Of a stretch of 64,000 bases of DNA, positions 1 through 8,906 are shown one piece after another (positions within the stretch are counted from its first letter, which is position 1; every line of letters begins with the position of its first letter). The stretch is from an uncultured Bacteroidota bacterium (GTDB lineage Bacteria; Bacteroidota; Bacteroidia; Chitinophagales; LD1): positions 617 to 64,616 of the forward strand of contig CALAYL010000054.1 of assembly GCA_937894725.1 (NCBI GenBank), read 5' to 3'. Under the pieces are notes generated by a model. The model was not told where the DNA came from and did no database searches. It saw only the letters and a list, made by a program, of their open reading frames with translations. The position numbers and the translations under genes were made by a program.

Positions 1-1
1 T

Positions 2-109
2 GTACATAAAGTAAAGCTGATAGAACGAAAAGAAAAACAGATGTACGAAACATTGGCACTCTTAGCCGATGTAAAAAAAGCAATGATGTACAGGCACTTT
101 AAAAGGTAG
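2..109 (+). CDS. C-terminal fragment of an unidentified protein (gene continues left of the window)
   Basis: Frame 2 is open from the window edge to TAG at 107-109 (...KEKQMYETLALLADVKKAMMYRHFKR*). Only 35 codons are visible and no motif is recognised. A small hairpin, GTAGCC (106-111) / GGCTGC (117-122), overlaps the stop. Confidence 0.3.
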   Translation, partial: VHKVKLIERKEKQMYETLALLADVKKAMMYRHFKR

Positions 110-160
110 CCGTATTGGCTGCCATAACCTGGGGAAATGCTTTTGCACCATAAAAAATTT

Positions 161-309
161 ATATGCAAAAATAGCAAGGGGGGCAGACGCACAAAGCCAA
201 CACTAAAAAAACCAAAAGACTACGGCATAAACACAGACCCACCGCACAAGGCTATCATTTATTCCGTTTCCTTTTGGTTTTTTTATCCCCCTTGCTGTGA
301 GAAGCATAT
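161..309. repeat. Nested inverted repeats in non-coding DNA (possible structured RNA, oriT or recombination site)
   Basis: Outer imperfect IR: ATATGC (161-166) and GCAAGGGGG (174-182) pair with CCCCCTTGC (287-295) and GCATAT (304-309). Inner perfect 14-bp IR: AAAAAAACCAAAAG (205-218) pairs with CTTTTGGTTTTTTT (271-284), leaving a 52-nt loop. A direct 9-mer TATGCAAAA occurs at 162-170 and 322-330. Confidence 0.6.
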
Positions 310-571
310 AAATTATTTCATTATGCAAAATCATCCACGTATTTCAGCAGGCAGCCAGTTAGGCATTTGTCCTTTTACTCCGCAGGTTCTCCATCAGCAC
401 TTGCAGCTTTCACCTTTTGCTTATCAGCGTTACATCCGCAGGTCTCGGTTAGCCCATCAGCCAGTTTTTGGCATCAAGGTTTATCAGCTTCCTTGTGGTT
501 GTTTCGTTTGGTGTTATCCATCAGGTGTTCGTGAGCTTTCAGCATTGCCCTTTTAGGGCTTTGCTATTGCT

Positions 572-607
572 TTAAAACAAGAAGCCCCACCACAAGGGCA
601 GGGCTTC
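572..607 (-). terminator. Rho-independent terminator downstream of the 249-aa gene
   Basis: GAAGCCC (581-587) pairs with GGGCTTC (601-607). On the minus strand the hairpin is followed by TTGTTTTAAA. It lies 27 nt past the stop at 634. Confidence 0.6.
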
Positions 608-633
608 TATTTAACCGATAAGAAAGAAAGCTA

Positions 634-1383
634 TTAGGCTATTTCAACAATGTTTAACACGTTGTAAGCACCATTTTTTAACGAGTATTGAATACCGTTT
701 ACTTCTTGGAAAAATTCAATCGTCAAGAAATAAAGTTTTGTACCTGCACCGGCTGGAACAGCAGCAGGAATTAAATTGAATGGTGTGTTAGTGCCATCAA
801 TTGCCAAATTTTGCACTGGGCTGTATTCAATTGCACTCACTTCATTTACAAAATCCACATCAGCAAACGCAGATTTAAAACTAACGTGGGTTGCTCCAGT
901 AGGGTAGTAAATATCATTGATAGGAGTGAATGCAGGGAAAGCAATATCACCAGTACCAGTGTTTACAGTGAAAGGTGCAAATATTACACTACCCAAAGTT
1001 GCACTATCATTGAAATCAAAACCTTTCAACAAGGCTTTTGCCATCGGGTCCGCAATTCCGACACCTACATTTCTTTCACCTCTTGGAGAAGTGGCATCGT
1101 AGTTTTTAATCTGTGTCATTATTTGCGTTAAACGACTGGTAACACGGTTGTCACTTGCGTTCATCATCAAATTACGAACAGCATTGCGGAGTAATTTTCC
1201 AGCACTTGCAGAGCTTCCAAATTCGCTACCGTTTTCACGGGTACGCTGAAAGTTAGGATCATTGGCTATTCTGTCACCAGATACACCACTTTTTGTTTTC
1301 ACAAGATGTCCATCCTGTGTTTTGTAGAAGGTAAGGTTATCCAATGTACCTTCTATTTTTAGTAAGCCTTTTAATCTTGCCAT
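634..1383 (-). CDS. Hypothetical protein, 249 aa, no recognisable family
   Basis: Clean 249-aa ORF with protein-like composition, no signal peptide and a beta-rich Gly/Thr/Asn C-terminal half. It has its own terminator. The antisense ORFs 811-1131 and 917-1102 are shadows. Confidence 0.7.
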   Translation of the reverse strand: MARLKGLLKIEGTLDNLTFYKTQDGHLVKTKSGVSGDRIANDPNFQRTRENGSEFGSSASAGKLLRNAVRNLMMNASDNRVTSRLTQIMTQIKNYDATSPRGERNVGVGIADPMAKALLKGFDFNDSATLGSVIFAPFTVNTGTGDIAFPAFTPINDIYYPTGATHVSFKSAFADVDFVNEVSAIEYSPVQNLAIDGTNTPFNLIPAAVPAGAGTKLYFLTIEFFQEVNGIQYSLKNGAYNVLNIVEIA

Positions 1384-1410
1384 TTTGTTATTTATTTAAA
1401 TTGTTAGTAA

Positions 1411-1926
1411 TTACTTTTTTGTTGCGATACAGCCTTTACAAAACCTGTATCTGTTTCTTGCATTATACTTTCTGAATAGCCAGGGCGGACAAACTTTTTC
1501 AGCCCCACATTCCCAAAGTCCTTTTCTTTCGCTTGATGCTTTCCGCATCAAATCTTCAAGCCTTGCATCAGTATCAAAATTGATGTAGTGCCAAGCCCAA
1601 CCATTTGCAATAAGTATTTCATCCAGTCTTTGCCCATCCACATATACCATTGCCAATTCTCTACCGTACACATCAGTTTTCAATACTTCAAACTTTACCA
1701 CCTTACCAAGTATCAAGGCTTTTACATTGAGCCAAGAGTTAAAACCCCAGTGTTGATTTAGTTCGGGAGCATCAACATTTAATAACCTTATTGTATGCTC
1801 CTTTGCAATCGTTTTAAGAACGTATGTATCGCCATCCTTAACTTTCATCACCCTTGCTTCTTCTTGCGAAAAAGCGGCTGTAAAAGCCATTAAAAACAAA
1901 ACCGATACAATTATTTTCTTCATCAC
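1411..1926 (-). CDS. Secreted thermonuclease (staphylococcal nuclease, SNase-like) family protein with a Cys-rich C-terminal tail
   Basis: N-terminal signal peptide (MMKKIIVSVLFLMAFTAAFSQ). SNase-type motifs are present: KVKDGDTYVL, IRLLNVDAPE, DVYGRELAMVYVDG, NGWAWHY. The last ~40 aa contain 4 Cys (WECGAEKVCPPW...RFCKGC). Confidence 0.85.
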   Translation of the reverse strand: MMKKIIVSVLFLMAFTAAFSQEEARVMKVKDGDTYVLKTIAKEHTIRLLNVDAPELNQHWGFNSWLNVKALILGKVVKFEVLKTDVYGRELAMVYVDGQRLDEILIANGWAWHYINFDTDARLEDLMRKASSERKGLWECGAEKVCPPWLFRKYNARNRYRFCKGCIATKK

Positions 1927-2098
1927 GATACAAAACTATAATGCTTTTTAAGGCTCTACAAATAACCACTTCCGACATTTCCGTTATTGCCACATTATTC
2001 CAACAAACACACTTTTACCACTCACAAAAACATATTATCTTTGCAATGTTTACTTTATACCTGATGTATGGATAGAGTATGAAAAGAGTAATTTAAAA

Positions 2099-2287
2099 AT
2101 GAATAGACTGTGTATTTATCCGAAAGACATTCAGATAATCACAGGCAAAAGCGACAGATATGGTAGATACCTTATTAAGAGGATTAAAGAGTACTTCAAC
2201 AAGCAGCAACACCAAGTTGTTACCGTTGAAGAGTTCTGCCAGTATATGGGCTTACAATTGGAAGCAGTTGTTAGTCAATTAAGATAG
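2099..2287 (+). CDS. Small helix-turn-helix DNA-binding protein (excisionase/regulator-like, typical of Bacteroidota mobile elements)
   Basis: 62 aa, basic. The pattern IYPKDIQIITGKSDRYGRYLIKRIKEYF...VTVEEFCQYMGL resembles small HTH proteins found next to integration modules. It is divergent from the nuclease gene. The assignment is by pattern only. Confidence 0.55.
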   Translation: MNRLCIYPKDIQIITGKSDRYGRYLIKRIKEYFNKQQHQVVTVEEFCQYMGLQLEAVVSQLR

Positions 2288-2395
2288 TGTAAAAACTTAT
2301 CTTCGCCTTTTGCTTATGATAAGGACAAACACTCTCTACACTAAACTAAATATTTTCTTTTCTTTGTGCTGTACTTGCACTTGTTTTAGTGGGTT

Positions 2396-2416
2396 TTGTT
2401 GCCCAGTTGTTGCCCA
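2396..2416. repeat. Tandem direct 10-mer TTGTTGCCCA x2, period 11 bp
   Basis: TTGTTGCCCA occurs at 2396-2405 and 2407-2416, separated by a single G. It sits in the 250-bp non-coding gap between the accessory genes and the first housekeeping gene. Confidence 0.5.
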
Positions 2417-2539
2417 AATAAATATGCAACCTCTGAAACCCTTTATTAATAGGGCTTTACATTTTAGCTTAACAATTTGTATCGGAAAGTAATTTAAGTT
2501 CTTTCTCAAATTTTATTTATAAATATAACTATACACCCT

Positions 2540-2887
2540 ATGTCTGATCAAGTAAAAGCATTCAACGACTATCGTGCAAAGATGAACGAAGTCATTTTAG
2601 CGAAGGACAATCTAACACTCAAACGTTTTTGGAGTCTAGATAATCAAGCTTATGCAGAAGGGGCAATCTCTTCTCGTACCAAGGAAATGCTCGGTCTTGT
2701 AGCTTCCATGGTATTGCGTTGTGATGATTGCATAAAATATCATTTGGGTAAGTCGAATGAAGCTGGATTGAGTACAGAGGAGATTTACGAAGTATTTGCT
2801 ATCGCAAACTTAGTAGGCGGATCTATTGTTATACCCCATACTCGCAGGGCTGCAGAATATTGGGAGGAGTTGATAGGTCAAAAATAA
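2540..2887 (+). CDS. Carboxymuconolactone decarboxylase / AhpD-like family protein
   Basis: 115 aa with the CxxC redox motif in the typical context (MVLRCDDCIKYHL). The length is typical of the CMD family. Confidence 0.8.
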   Translation: MSDQVKAFNDYRAKMNEVILAKDNLTLKRFWSLDNQAYAEGAISSRTKEMLGLVASMVLRCDDCIKYHLGKSNEAGLSTEEIYEVFAIANLVGGSIVIPHTRRAAEYWEELIGQK

Positions 2888-2933
2888 TGTTAGCAAAAGT
2901 TGCCTTAAGGCTAAAATTAGGTAGTTTTAAATT

Positions 2934-3917
2934 ATGACAATCGCAAAAATAAGTGGCGTAGGTGGATATGTTCCGGATTTCGTCCTAACCAATAAGATTC
3001 TTTCTACTATGGTGGATACCACAGACGAATGGATCACTACACGTACGGGTATCAGTGAACGAAGAATTTTGAAAGTGCCAAAAGCGGGTACTTCTTATAT
3101 GGGTGTAAGAGCGGTAAATGAATTGCTTCAAAAAACAAAAGCTGATCCAAAAACAATCGACTTGTTGATATGTGCTACAGTGACTCCGGATATGCAGTTT
3201 CCGGCCACGGCCAATATAATTTCGGATGAGGTTGGTGCTACTAATGCATTTAGCTTTGATCTCAATGCTGCTTGTAGTGGTTTTTTGTATGGGCTCCAAA
3301 CGGGTTCAAAAATGATAGCCAGTGGAGCTTATAAAAAGGTAATAGTAGTAGGCGCAGACAAAATGTCGAGTATCATGGACTACACGGATCGTAATACTTG
3401 TGTGCTTTTTGGGGATGGAGCGGGAGCGGTACTGCTCGAGCCCTCTACAGATGATTGTGGTGTGATTGATGCCATTTTAAAAACGGATGGAAATGGTTGG
3501 CAATATCTACATCAAAAAGCAGGTGGTTCAAGAATGCCTGCCTCACAAGAAACCATCGACAAACGATTGCACTATGTATATCAGGAAGGTAAAAAAGTGT
3601 TTTCTAATGCTGTAGTGAATATGGCTGAAGTAGCAGCCGAATTAATGGAAAAATATAATCTCACTGCCGATGATGTGGATTGGCTGGTGCCTCATCAGGC
3701 CAACAAGCGCATCATAGATGCAACTCGCGAGCGCACAGGTGTGGCCGAAGAGCGAGTGATGATTAACATACAAAAATATGGCAACACAACCAATGGTACG
3801 CTACCACTTTGTCTCTGGGAGTGGGAAAGCAAACTTAAAAAAGGTGACAACTTAATTTTAGCTGCCTTTGGTGGAGGGTTTACGTGGGGCAGTATGTATA
3901 TAAAATGGGCGTATTGA
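2934..3917 (+). CDS. fabH: 3-oxoacyl-ACP synthase III
   Basis: 327 aa. Active-site Cys context [11 protein letters not shown], His context PHQANKRI, Asn context [12 protein letters not shown]-terminal FGGGFTWG. Confidence 0.95.
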   Translation: MTIAKISGVGGYVPDFVLTNKILSTMVDTTDEWITTRTGISERRILKVPKAGTSYMGVRAVNELLQKTKADPKTIDLLICATVTPDMQFPATANIISDEVGATNAFSFDLNAACSGFLYGLQTGSKMIASGAYKKVIVVGADKMSSIMDYTDRNTCVLFGDGAGAVLLEPSTDDCGVIDAILKTDGNGWQYLHQKAGGSRMPASQETIDKRLHYVYQEGKKVFSNAVVNMAEVAAELMEKYNLTADDVDWLVPHQANKRIIDATRERTGVAEERVMINIQKYGNTTNGTLPLCLWEWESKLKKGDNLILAAFGGGFTWGSMYIKWAY

Positions 3918-3957
3918 TGTCAATACACCCATTCAAAAAATTAGCTTAAAAACGCCA

Positions 3958-5577
3958 TTACGCTCCCTGCATCACTTTTGGTGCAGCAGCTTTAATTTCA
4001 TCACTAGCTGCATCTGCATATTTTGCGAAGTTTAGATTAAAGGCAGCGGCCAGCTCATTTGATTTAGCATCATAATTAGCGGCATCACTCCATGTTTTGC
4101 GTGGGTCGAGCACCTCAGAAGGTACACCTTCGCAAGAGGAAGGTATTGACACACCAAAGACAGGATGTGTTACATATTCAATAGTATCCATTTTGCCTGT
4201 AAGCGCTGCTGTGATCAGTGCACGAGTATGTAGCAAACTCATTCGCTTGCCTACACCATATGGTCCGCCTGTATATCCTGTATTCAATAGCCAAACTTTG
4301 ATATCTGGGTTTTTTGTTAATTTTTCGCCCAAAAGCGCTGCATATTTCGTAGGGTGCAATGGCAAGAAAGGTGCTCCAAAACAAGTAGAGAAAGTCGTTT
4401 GTGGCTCTGTAACACCTGCCTCTGTACCTGCTACTTTTGAAGTAAATCCACTCAAAAAGAAATACATCGCTTGTCCTACGCTCAATCGAGAGATGGGAGG
4501 CAATACGCCAAAAGCATCGTAGGTTAAAAAGAATATATTTTTCGGTTCTCCACCTACTGATTTCTGAAGTGCATTTTCGATAAAATCGATAGGGTAGGAT
4601 ACGCGGGTATTTTCTGTTTTTGCTTTATAGGCAAAATCAACTGTGCGAGTACCTTCATTAAACCCAATATTTTCAAGGATAGCACCATGTTTGATAGCGT
4701 TGTAAATATCTGGTTCTTTTTCGGCCGAGAGGTCGATGCATTTTGCATAGCAGCCTCCTTCAAAATTAAACACAGAATTATTTGTCCAACCGTGCTCATC
4801 ATCGCCTATCAAAGGTCGATTTGGGTCTGCGGAGAGTGTTGTTTTTCCTGTGCCTGAAAGACCAAAAAACAAAGCTACATCACCCTCTTTACCTATGTTG
4901 GCGGAGCAGTGCATGCTCAAGACTTTTTGTTGGTGTGGAAGTACAAAATTAAGTACTGAAAAAATGCCTTTTTTGACTTCTCCTGTATAAGCAGTGCCAC
5001 CAATGATGGCTATTTTTTTGGTGAAATTAAGAATGGCAAAATTGTGCTGACGTATGCCATCATTTGCACCATCGGCTAGAAATCCTGGTGCTTGTATTAC
5101 CGTCCAGTCTGGTTGAATAGTAGCCAACTCTGCGGCAGTAGGGCGCAAAAACATGTTTGATGCAAATAAGTTTGCCCAAGGGTATTCGGTAACTACCCGC
5201 ACATTGAGTCTAAACGCATCGTCAGCACAAGCATAACTGTCGCGAACAAACACATCTTTGTCTGCAAGATAGGTCGTAACTTTTTTATATAATCCATCAA
5301 ACACTTCAGGTGATACAGCTAAATTAAATTTACTGCTCCAATCTACAGCATCTGATGTGATTTCATCTTTCACGATAAAACGATCGTTGGGAGAGCGCCC
5401 AGTAAACTCGCCCGTATCTATAGCTAAAGCGCCTGTGTCGCTGAGTACGCCTTGATTTCGTTTGATGGTCTCTTCTACAAGTTCTGCGGGAGTTAGATTC
5501 CAATATTGATTTGCTGTGTTGAGAATGCCGAGTGAGGGTAATGTGTCGATACCGCTCTTAGTGCCAAATATTTTCAT
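3958..5577 (-). CDS. pckA: Phosphoenolpyruvate carboxykinase (ATP)
   Basis: 539 aa. Kinase-1a loop GLSGTGKTTLS, IGDDEHGW, and NTGYTGGPYGVGKRMS near the C-terminus. Confidence 0.95.
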   Translation of the reverse strand: MKIFGTKSGIDTLPSLGILNTANQYWNLTPAELVEETIKRNQGVLSDTGALAIDTGEFTGRSPNDRFIVKDEITSDAVDWSSKFNLAVSPEVFDGLYKKVTTYLADKDVFVRDSYACADDAFRLNVRVVTEYPWANLFASNMFLRPTAAELATIQPDWTVIQAPGFLADGANDGIRQHNFAILNFTKKIAIIGGTAYTGEVKKGIFSVLNFVLPHQQKVLSMHCSANIGKEGDVALFFGLSGTGKTTLSADPNRPLIGDDEHGWTNNSVFNFEGGCYAKCIDLSAEKEPDIYNAIKHGAILENIGFNEGTRTVDFAYKAKTENTRVSYPIDFIENALQKSVGGEPKNIFFLTYDAFGVLPPISRLSVGQAMYFFLSGFTSKVAGTEAGVTEPQTTFSTCFGAPFLPLHPTKYAALLGEKLTKNPDIKVWLLNTGYTGGPYGVGKRMSLLHTRALITAALTGKMDTIEYVTHPVFGVSIPSSCEGVPSEVLDPRKTWSDAANYDAKSNELAAAFNLNFAKYADAASDEIKAAAPKVMQGA

Positions 5578-5742
5578 TACAATACGTTTAGTCTGGTTTC
5601 CCGCAAAAGTATTATTTTTTCCAATGAACCAAAGGTGGTTTCTAATGAAATATGCTAAAAAGCGACAATATTTAAAGCAATTTTTAACGTTTCAAGGGCA
5701 AATTGCTATTTTGTCTTAAACTTACATCATCAAAATATACCT

Positions 5743-7047
5743 ATGAAATACGATGCCATTGATGCCTCCCTTTTTATTGAAAATCGAAAACGCCTAGCCA
5801 AGCGTCTCAAGCCCAATTCGATTGCCATTTTAACTGCAAATCCCATCATGCCCAAAAGTGCCGATGCGAGCTATAAATGGCGACAAAATCCTGATTTGTT
5901 TTACCTTACCGGAGTAGATCAAGAAGAAACATATTTAGTAATGTTTCCTGATGCTACACAAGCCAATTGGCGAGAAATACTTTTTGTGAAAGAAACAAAT
6001 GACCACATAGCAGTGTGGGAGGGTGAAAAGCTATCTAAAGAACAAGCTAAAACTGTGTCGGGCATATCGCAGATACAGTGGAGCAGCAGTTTTGATAGTA
6101 TGCTTGCTACACTAATTTTGCAAGCAGAAAACATTTATCTCAATCTCAACGAAAATGATCGAGCTGGAGAGTCTCCACTCAATGGGGAATTGCAATTTGC
6201 GAAGCAATTGAAAGCCCGTTTTCCGCTGCATCATTTTGAAAGATTGGCACCTATCATGCACGACTTGCGAGCAGTGAAAAGTAAAAAGGAAATTGACTTA
6301 TTAAACAACGCAATTGCGATCACCCGTAAAGGTTTTTTGCGTACGCTTTCGTTTGTAAAACCTGGGGTGTGGGAGTATGAGGTAGAAGCCGAAATAACGC
6401 ATGAATATTTGATAAACAGAGCGACTGGGCATGCTTACGATCCTATCGTAGCATCAGGTGCAAATGCTTGTGTGCTTCATTATGTTTCAAACAATAAGCA
6501 ATGCAAAGCTGGCGATTTGTTGCTCATGGATTGTGGAGCTGAATATGCAAACTATTGTGCCGATTTGACCCGTACGATACCCGTGAGCGGCAAATTTAGC
6601 AAGCGCCAAAAAGCAGTGTATAATGAAGTATTGCATGTACACAATGAGGCGAAAAAAATCATGAAGGCAGGTATGGTTTTGAATGAGTTTAACCAAGAAG
6701 TGGGCAAAATTATGGAAGCTTCACTTATCAAGCTCCAGTTGTTAGATAAAACAGATGTCAAGAAACAAAACAAGCTACAACCGCTGTACAAAAAATATTT
6801 TCCGCACGGTACTGCTCACTTTTTGGGGATAGACGTACACGATGTGGGCAATCGCTACAAGCCATTGAAAGCTGGTGCTGTACTAACATGTGAGCCAGGC
6901 ATTTATATCCCCGCAGAAGGTATCGGTATTCGTATCGAAAACAACTTGCAGGTAACAAGTGGCAAGCCGATTGACTTGATGAGTGAAATCCCCATCGAGG
7001 CGGATCATATAGAGGAGTTGATGAATAGTAGCAAACGAACAAAATAA
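5743..7047 (+). CDS. pepP: Xaa-Pro aminopeptidase (peptidase M24B)
   Basis: 434 aa. It has an N-terminal creatinase/AMP_N-like region and metal-ligand motifs: DCGAEYANYCADLTRT, HGTAHFLGIDVHD, EPGIY, IRIENN. Confidence 0.9.
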   Translation: MKYDAIDASLFIENRKRLAKRLKPNSIAILTANPIMPKSADASYKWRQNPDLFYLTGVDQEETYLVMFPDATQANWREILFVKETNDHIAVWEGEKLSKEQAKTVSGISQIQWSSSFDSMLATLILQAENIYLNLNENDRAGESPLNGELQFAKQLKARFPLHHFERLAPIMHDLRAVKSKKEIDLLNNAIAITRKGFLRTLSFVKPGVWEYEVEAEITHEYLINRATGHAYDPIVASGANACVLHYVSNNKQCKAGDLLLMDCGAEYANYCADLTRTIPVSGKFSKRQKAVYNEVLHVHNEAKKIMKAGMVLNEFNQEVGKIMEASLIKLQLLDKTDVKKQNKLQPLYKKYFPHGTAHFLGIDVHDVGNRYKPLKAGAVLTCEPGIYIPAEGIGIRIENNLQVTSGKPIDLMSEIPIEADHIEELMNSSKRTK

Positions 7048-7050
7048 GCT

Positions 7051-7770
7051 ATGCAACTATTTAATATTCCCAATCTACTCACGCTGATCAATCTCTTTTC
7101 GGGTTGTATGGCAATAGTGTTTATCTTTGGCAATCAAGTGGAGCAGGCGATGATCTGTACACTCATATCTTTGGTAGCAGATTTTTTTGATGGTATGGCC
7201 GCTCGTGCTCTCAAAACTCCGCAAGGTGTAGGTAAAGAACTTGACTCCTTGGCCGATGTGGTGAGTTTTGGTGTAGTGCCAGGTTTTATTCTAAAATTTT
7301 TGCTTTTCAACTCGCTCATATCGGGCAATTATCATCTTTCAGACACTATGGTGAGCGTAGTGTCAGATGCTGGCTTTTTGTTTACACTTTTTGCTGCCTT
7401 GCGTTTGGCAAAATTTAATGTAGATACTCGACAAAGCGACAGCTTTGTAGGCTTGGCTACACCCGCTGCTACAATTTTTGTAGTAGGCGTGTATTCCATA
7501 TTCGATCGCAATAGTTTTGGTCTTTTCGATATACTCAACACGCCTTATGTTGTTTTATTTGTTTTAGCAACTCTCTGTTTTCTAATGATAGCGGAGATTC
7601 CGATGTTTTCTTTTAAACTAAAAAACAAGAAATGGAGCGACAATAAACTCCAATTTAGCTTTATAGGACTAGCGGTGATACTTTTAATCTTACTAAAAGT
7701 TGTTGCATTGCCGTTGATTATCTTTATTTACGTTCTCGTTTCAATCACTCAAAAACTTATCAAAATATGA
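7051..7770 (+). CDS. pssA: CDP-diacylglycerol--serine O-phosphatidyltransferase (CDP-alcohol phosphatidyltransferase family)
   Basis: Polytopic membrane protein containing the complete signature D-x2-DG-x2-AR-x8-G-x3-D-x3-D (DFFDGMAARALKTPQGVGKELDSLADV). Confidence 0.85.
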   Translation: MQLFNIPNLLTLINLFSGCMAIVFIFGNQVEQAMICTLISLVADFFDGMAARALKTPQGVGKELDSLADVVSFGVVPGFILKFLLFNSLISGNYHLSDTMVSVVSDAGFLFTLFAALRLAKFNVDTRQSDSFVGLATPAATIFVVGVYSIFDRNSFGLFDILNTPYVVLFVLATLCFLMIAEIPMFSFKLKNKKWSDNKLQFSFIGLAVILLILLKVVALPLIIFIYVLVSITQKLIKI

Positions 7771-8021
7771 ATTTCAAAGCAGCCATAGACATCATGCCTC
7801 ACAAAGAATTGCTCGACCCACAAGGTAAAGCTGTCGCTCAAGGACTACAAAAAATGGGATTTGAAGGTGTTGAAGATGTGCGTGTAGGTCGTCATATTAC
7901 ATTGAGCTTAACGGCTAAAGATGCCAAAGCAGCTACTGCGCTTGTAGAAGATGCATGTAAAAAACTTCTTGCCAATACGATCATGGAAGGCTATAGCATC
8001 GAGCTAAGCGAGGTAAAATAG
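7767..8021 (+). CDS. purS: Phosphoribosylformylglycinamidine synthase subunit PurS
   Basis: 84 aa. The PHKELLDPQGKAVAQGLQKMGF pattern is typical of PurS. There is a 4-nt ATGA overlap with pssA. Confidence 0.85.
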   Translation: MNFKAAIDIMPHKELLDPQGKAVAQGLQKMGFEGVEDVRVGRHITLSLTAKDAKAATALVEDACKKLLANTIMEGYSIELSEVK

Positions 8022-8690
8022 ATGTTGTATATAGTCCCTACCCCTATCGGCAATCTGGAGGATATCACTCTTCGTGCCATTCGGATATTGAAAGAAGTGG
8101 ACTATATCTTGGCGGAAGATACGCGCCAGTCTTTCAAATTGCTTCATCATTTTGAGATCAAGACTAGGCTTCAAGCTTATCATAAATTTAACGAACGAAA
8201 GTCGTGTGAGCAAATTGTGTCTCAGCTTCAAAGCGGGCAAACAATCGCTCTCATATCTGATTGTGGTACCCCTTGTGTGTCTGATCCTGGCTACATCCTA
8301 GTATCAGCCTGCATAGCCGCTGGGGTGAAAGTGGAATGTTTGCCCGGACCTACGGCATTTGTGCCAGCGTTGGTTAAGTCTGGGTTTGATACGAGCGAGT
8401 TTGTGTTTATGGGTTTTTTGCCACATAAAAAAGGTAGAGAGACTCTTATCAAAAAAATAGCCGAAGAAAAGCGTGTGGTGATATTGTATGAGTCGCCATA
8501 CAGAGTTGTGAAGTTTTTAGAGCAAGCCTTACCGATTTTGGGCGATACAAGAAAAGTGTCTCTTTCGAGAGAATTATCAAAGATGTTTGAAGAAACTATC
8601 GAGGGAACTATTCCAATACTTTTAGCTCATTTTGAAACGAAAGAGCCAAGAGGGGAATATGTGATTGTGATAGATAAACTTGATTTATAA
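8022..8690 (+). CDS. rsmI: 16S rRNA (cytidine1402-2'-O)-methyltransferase
   Basis: 222 aa. N-terminus LYIVPTPIGNLEDITLRAIRILKEVDYILAEDTR plus the ISDCGTPCVSDPG motif. Confidence 0.9.
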   Translation: MLYIVPTPIGNLEDITLRAIRILKEVDYILAEDTRQSFKLLHHFEIKTRLQAYHKFNERKSCEQIVSQLQSGQTIALISDCGTPCVSDPGYILVSACIAAGVKVECLPGPTAFVPALVKSGFDTSEFVFMGFLPHKKGRETLIKKIAEEKRVVILYESPYRVVKFLEQALPILGDTRKVSLSRELSKMFEETIEGTIPILLAHFETKEPRGEYVIVIDKLDL

Positions 8691-8906
8691 TAAGCTATAT
8701 ATTTTTAAAAAAAAACATCATGTAATAGTGGGTATTGGCGTCTCTTTTTTAGCAGTATGCTTTATAATGGATTATTCATTCCTTTTTTTTTCATTTTCCC
8801 ACTTATTTTTTATAGATTGTCATCATATTAAACATTATTGCTCCTTGATAAATAGCACTTTGCATCTAATGGAGTATTTTTTTCAAACACTAAACCCCCT
8901 TTTTAC

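Noticed and set aside
160-330. MITE-like insertion flanked by a TATGCAAAA target-site duplication
   Set aside because: The inverted repeats are not terminal. The sequence immediately inside the left direct repeat (ATAGCAAGGG...) and the sequence inside the right one (...AAATTATTTCAT) are not reverse complements. No second copy occurs in the window.
340-545. Type III toxin-antitoxin style repeat RNA (ToxI-like), or a retron/DGR non-coding RNA
   Set aside because: Only a short motif recurs, not ~36-nt tandem units. No toxin gene follows on either strand, and no reverse transcriptase is present in the window.
137-556. 139-aa ORF on the plus strand
   Set aside because: The composition is not protein-like (rich in Cys/His/Pro/Trp/Phe with low-complexity runs). 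It runs straight through the nested inverted repeats and the reiterated ATCAGC motifs, and there is no plausible start context. I treat it as non-coding structured DNA.
811-1131. Antisense ORFs inside the 249-aa gene (811-1131 and 917-1102)
   Set aside because: These are shadow frames of a longer, better-formed ORF on the opposite strand.
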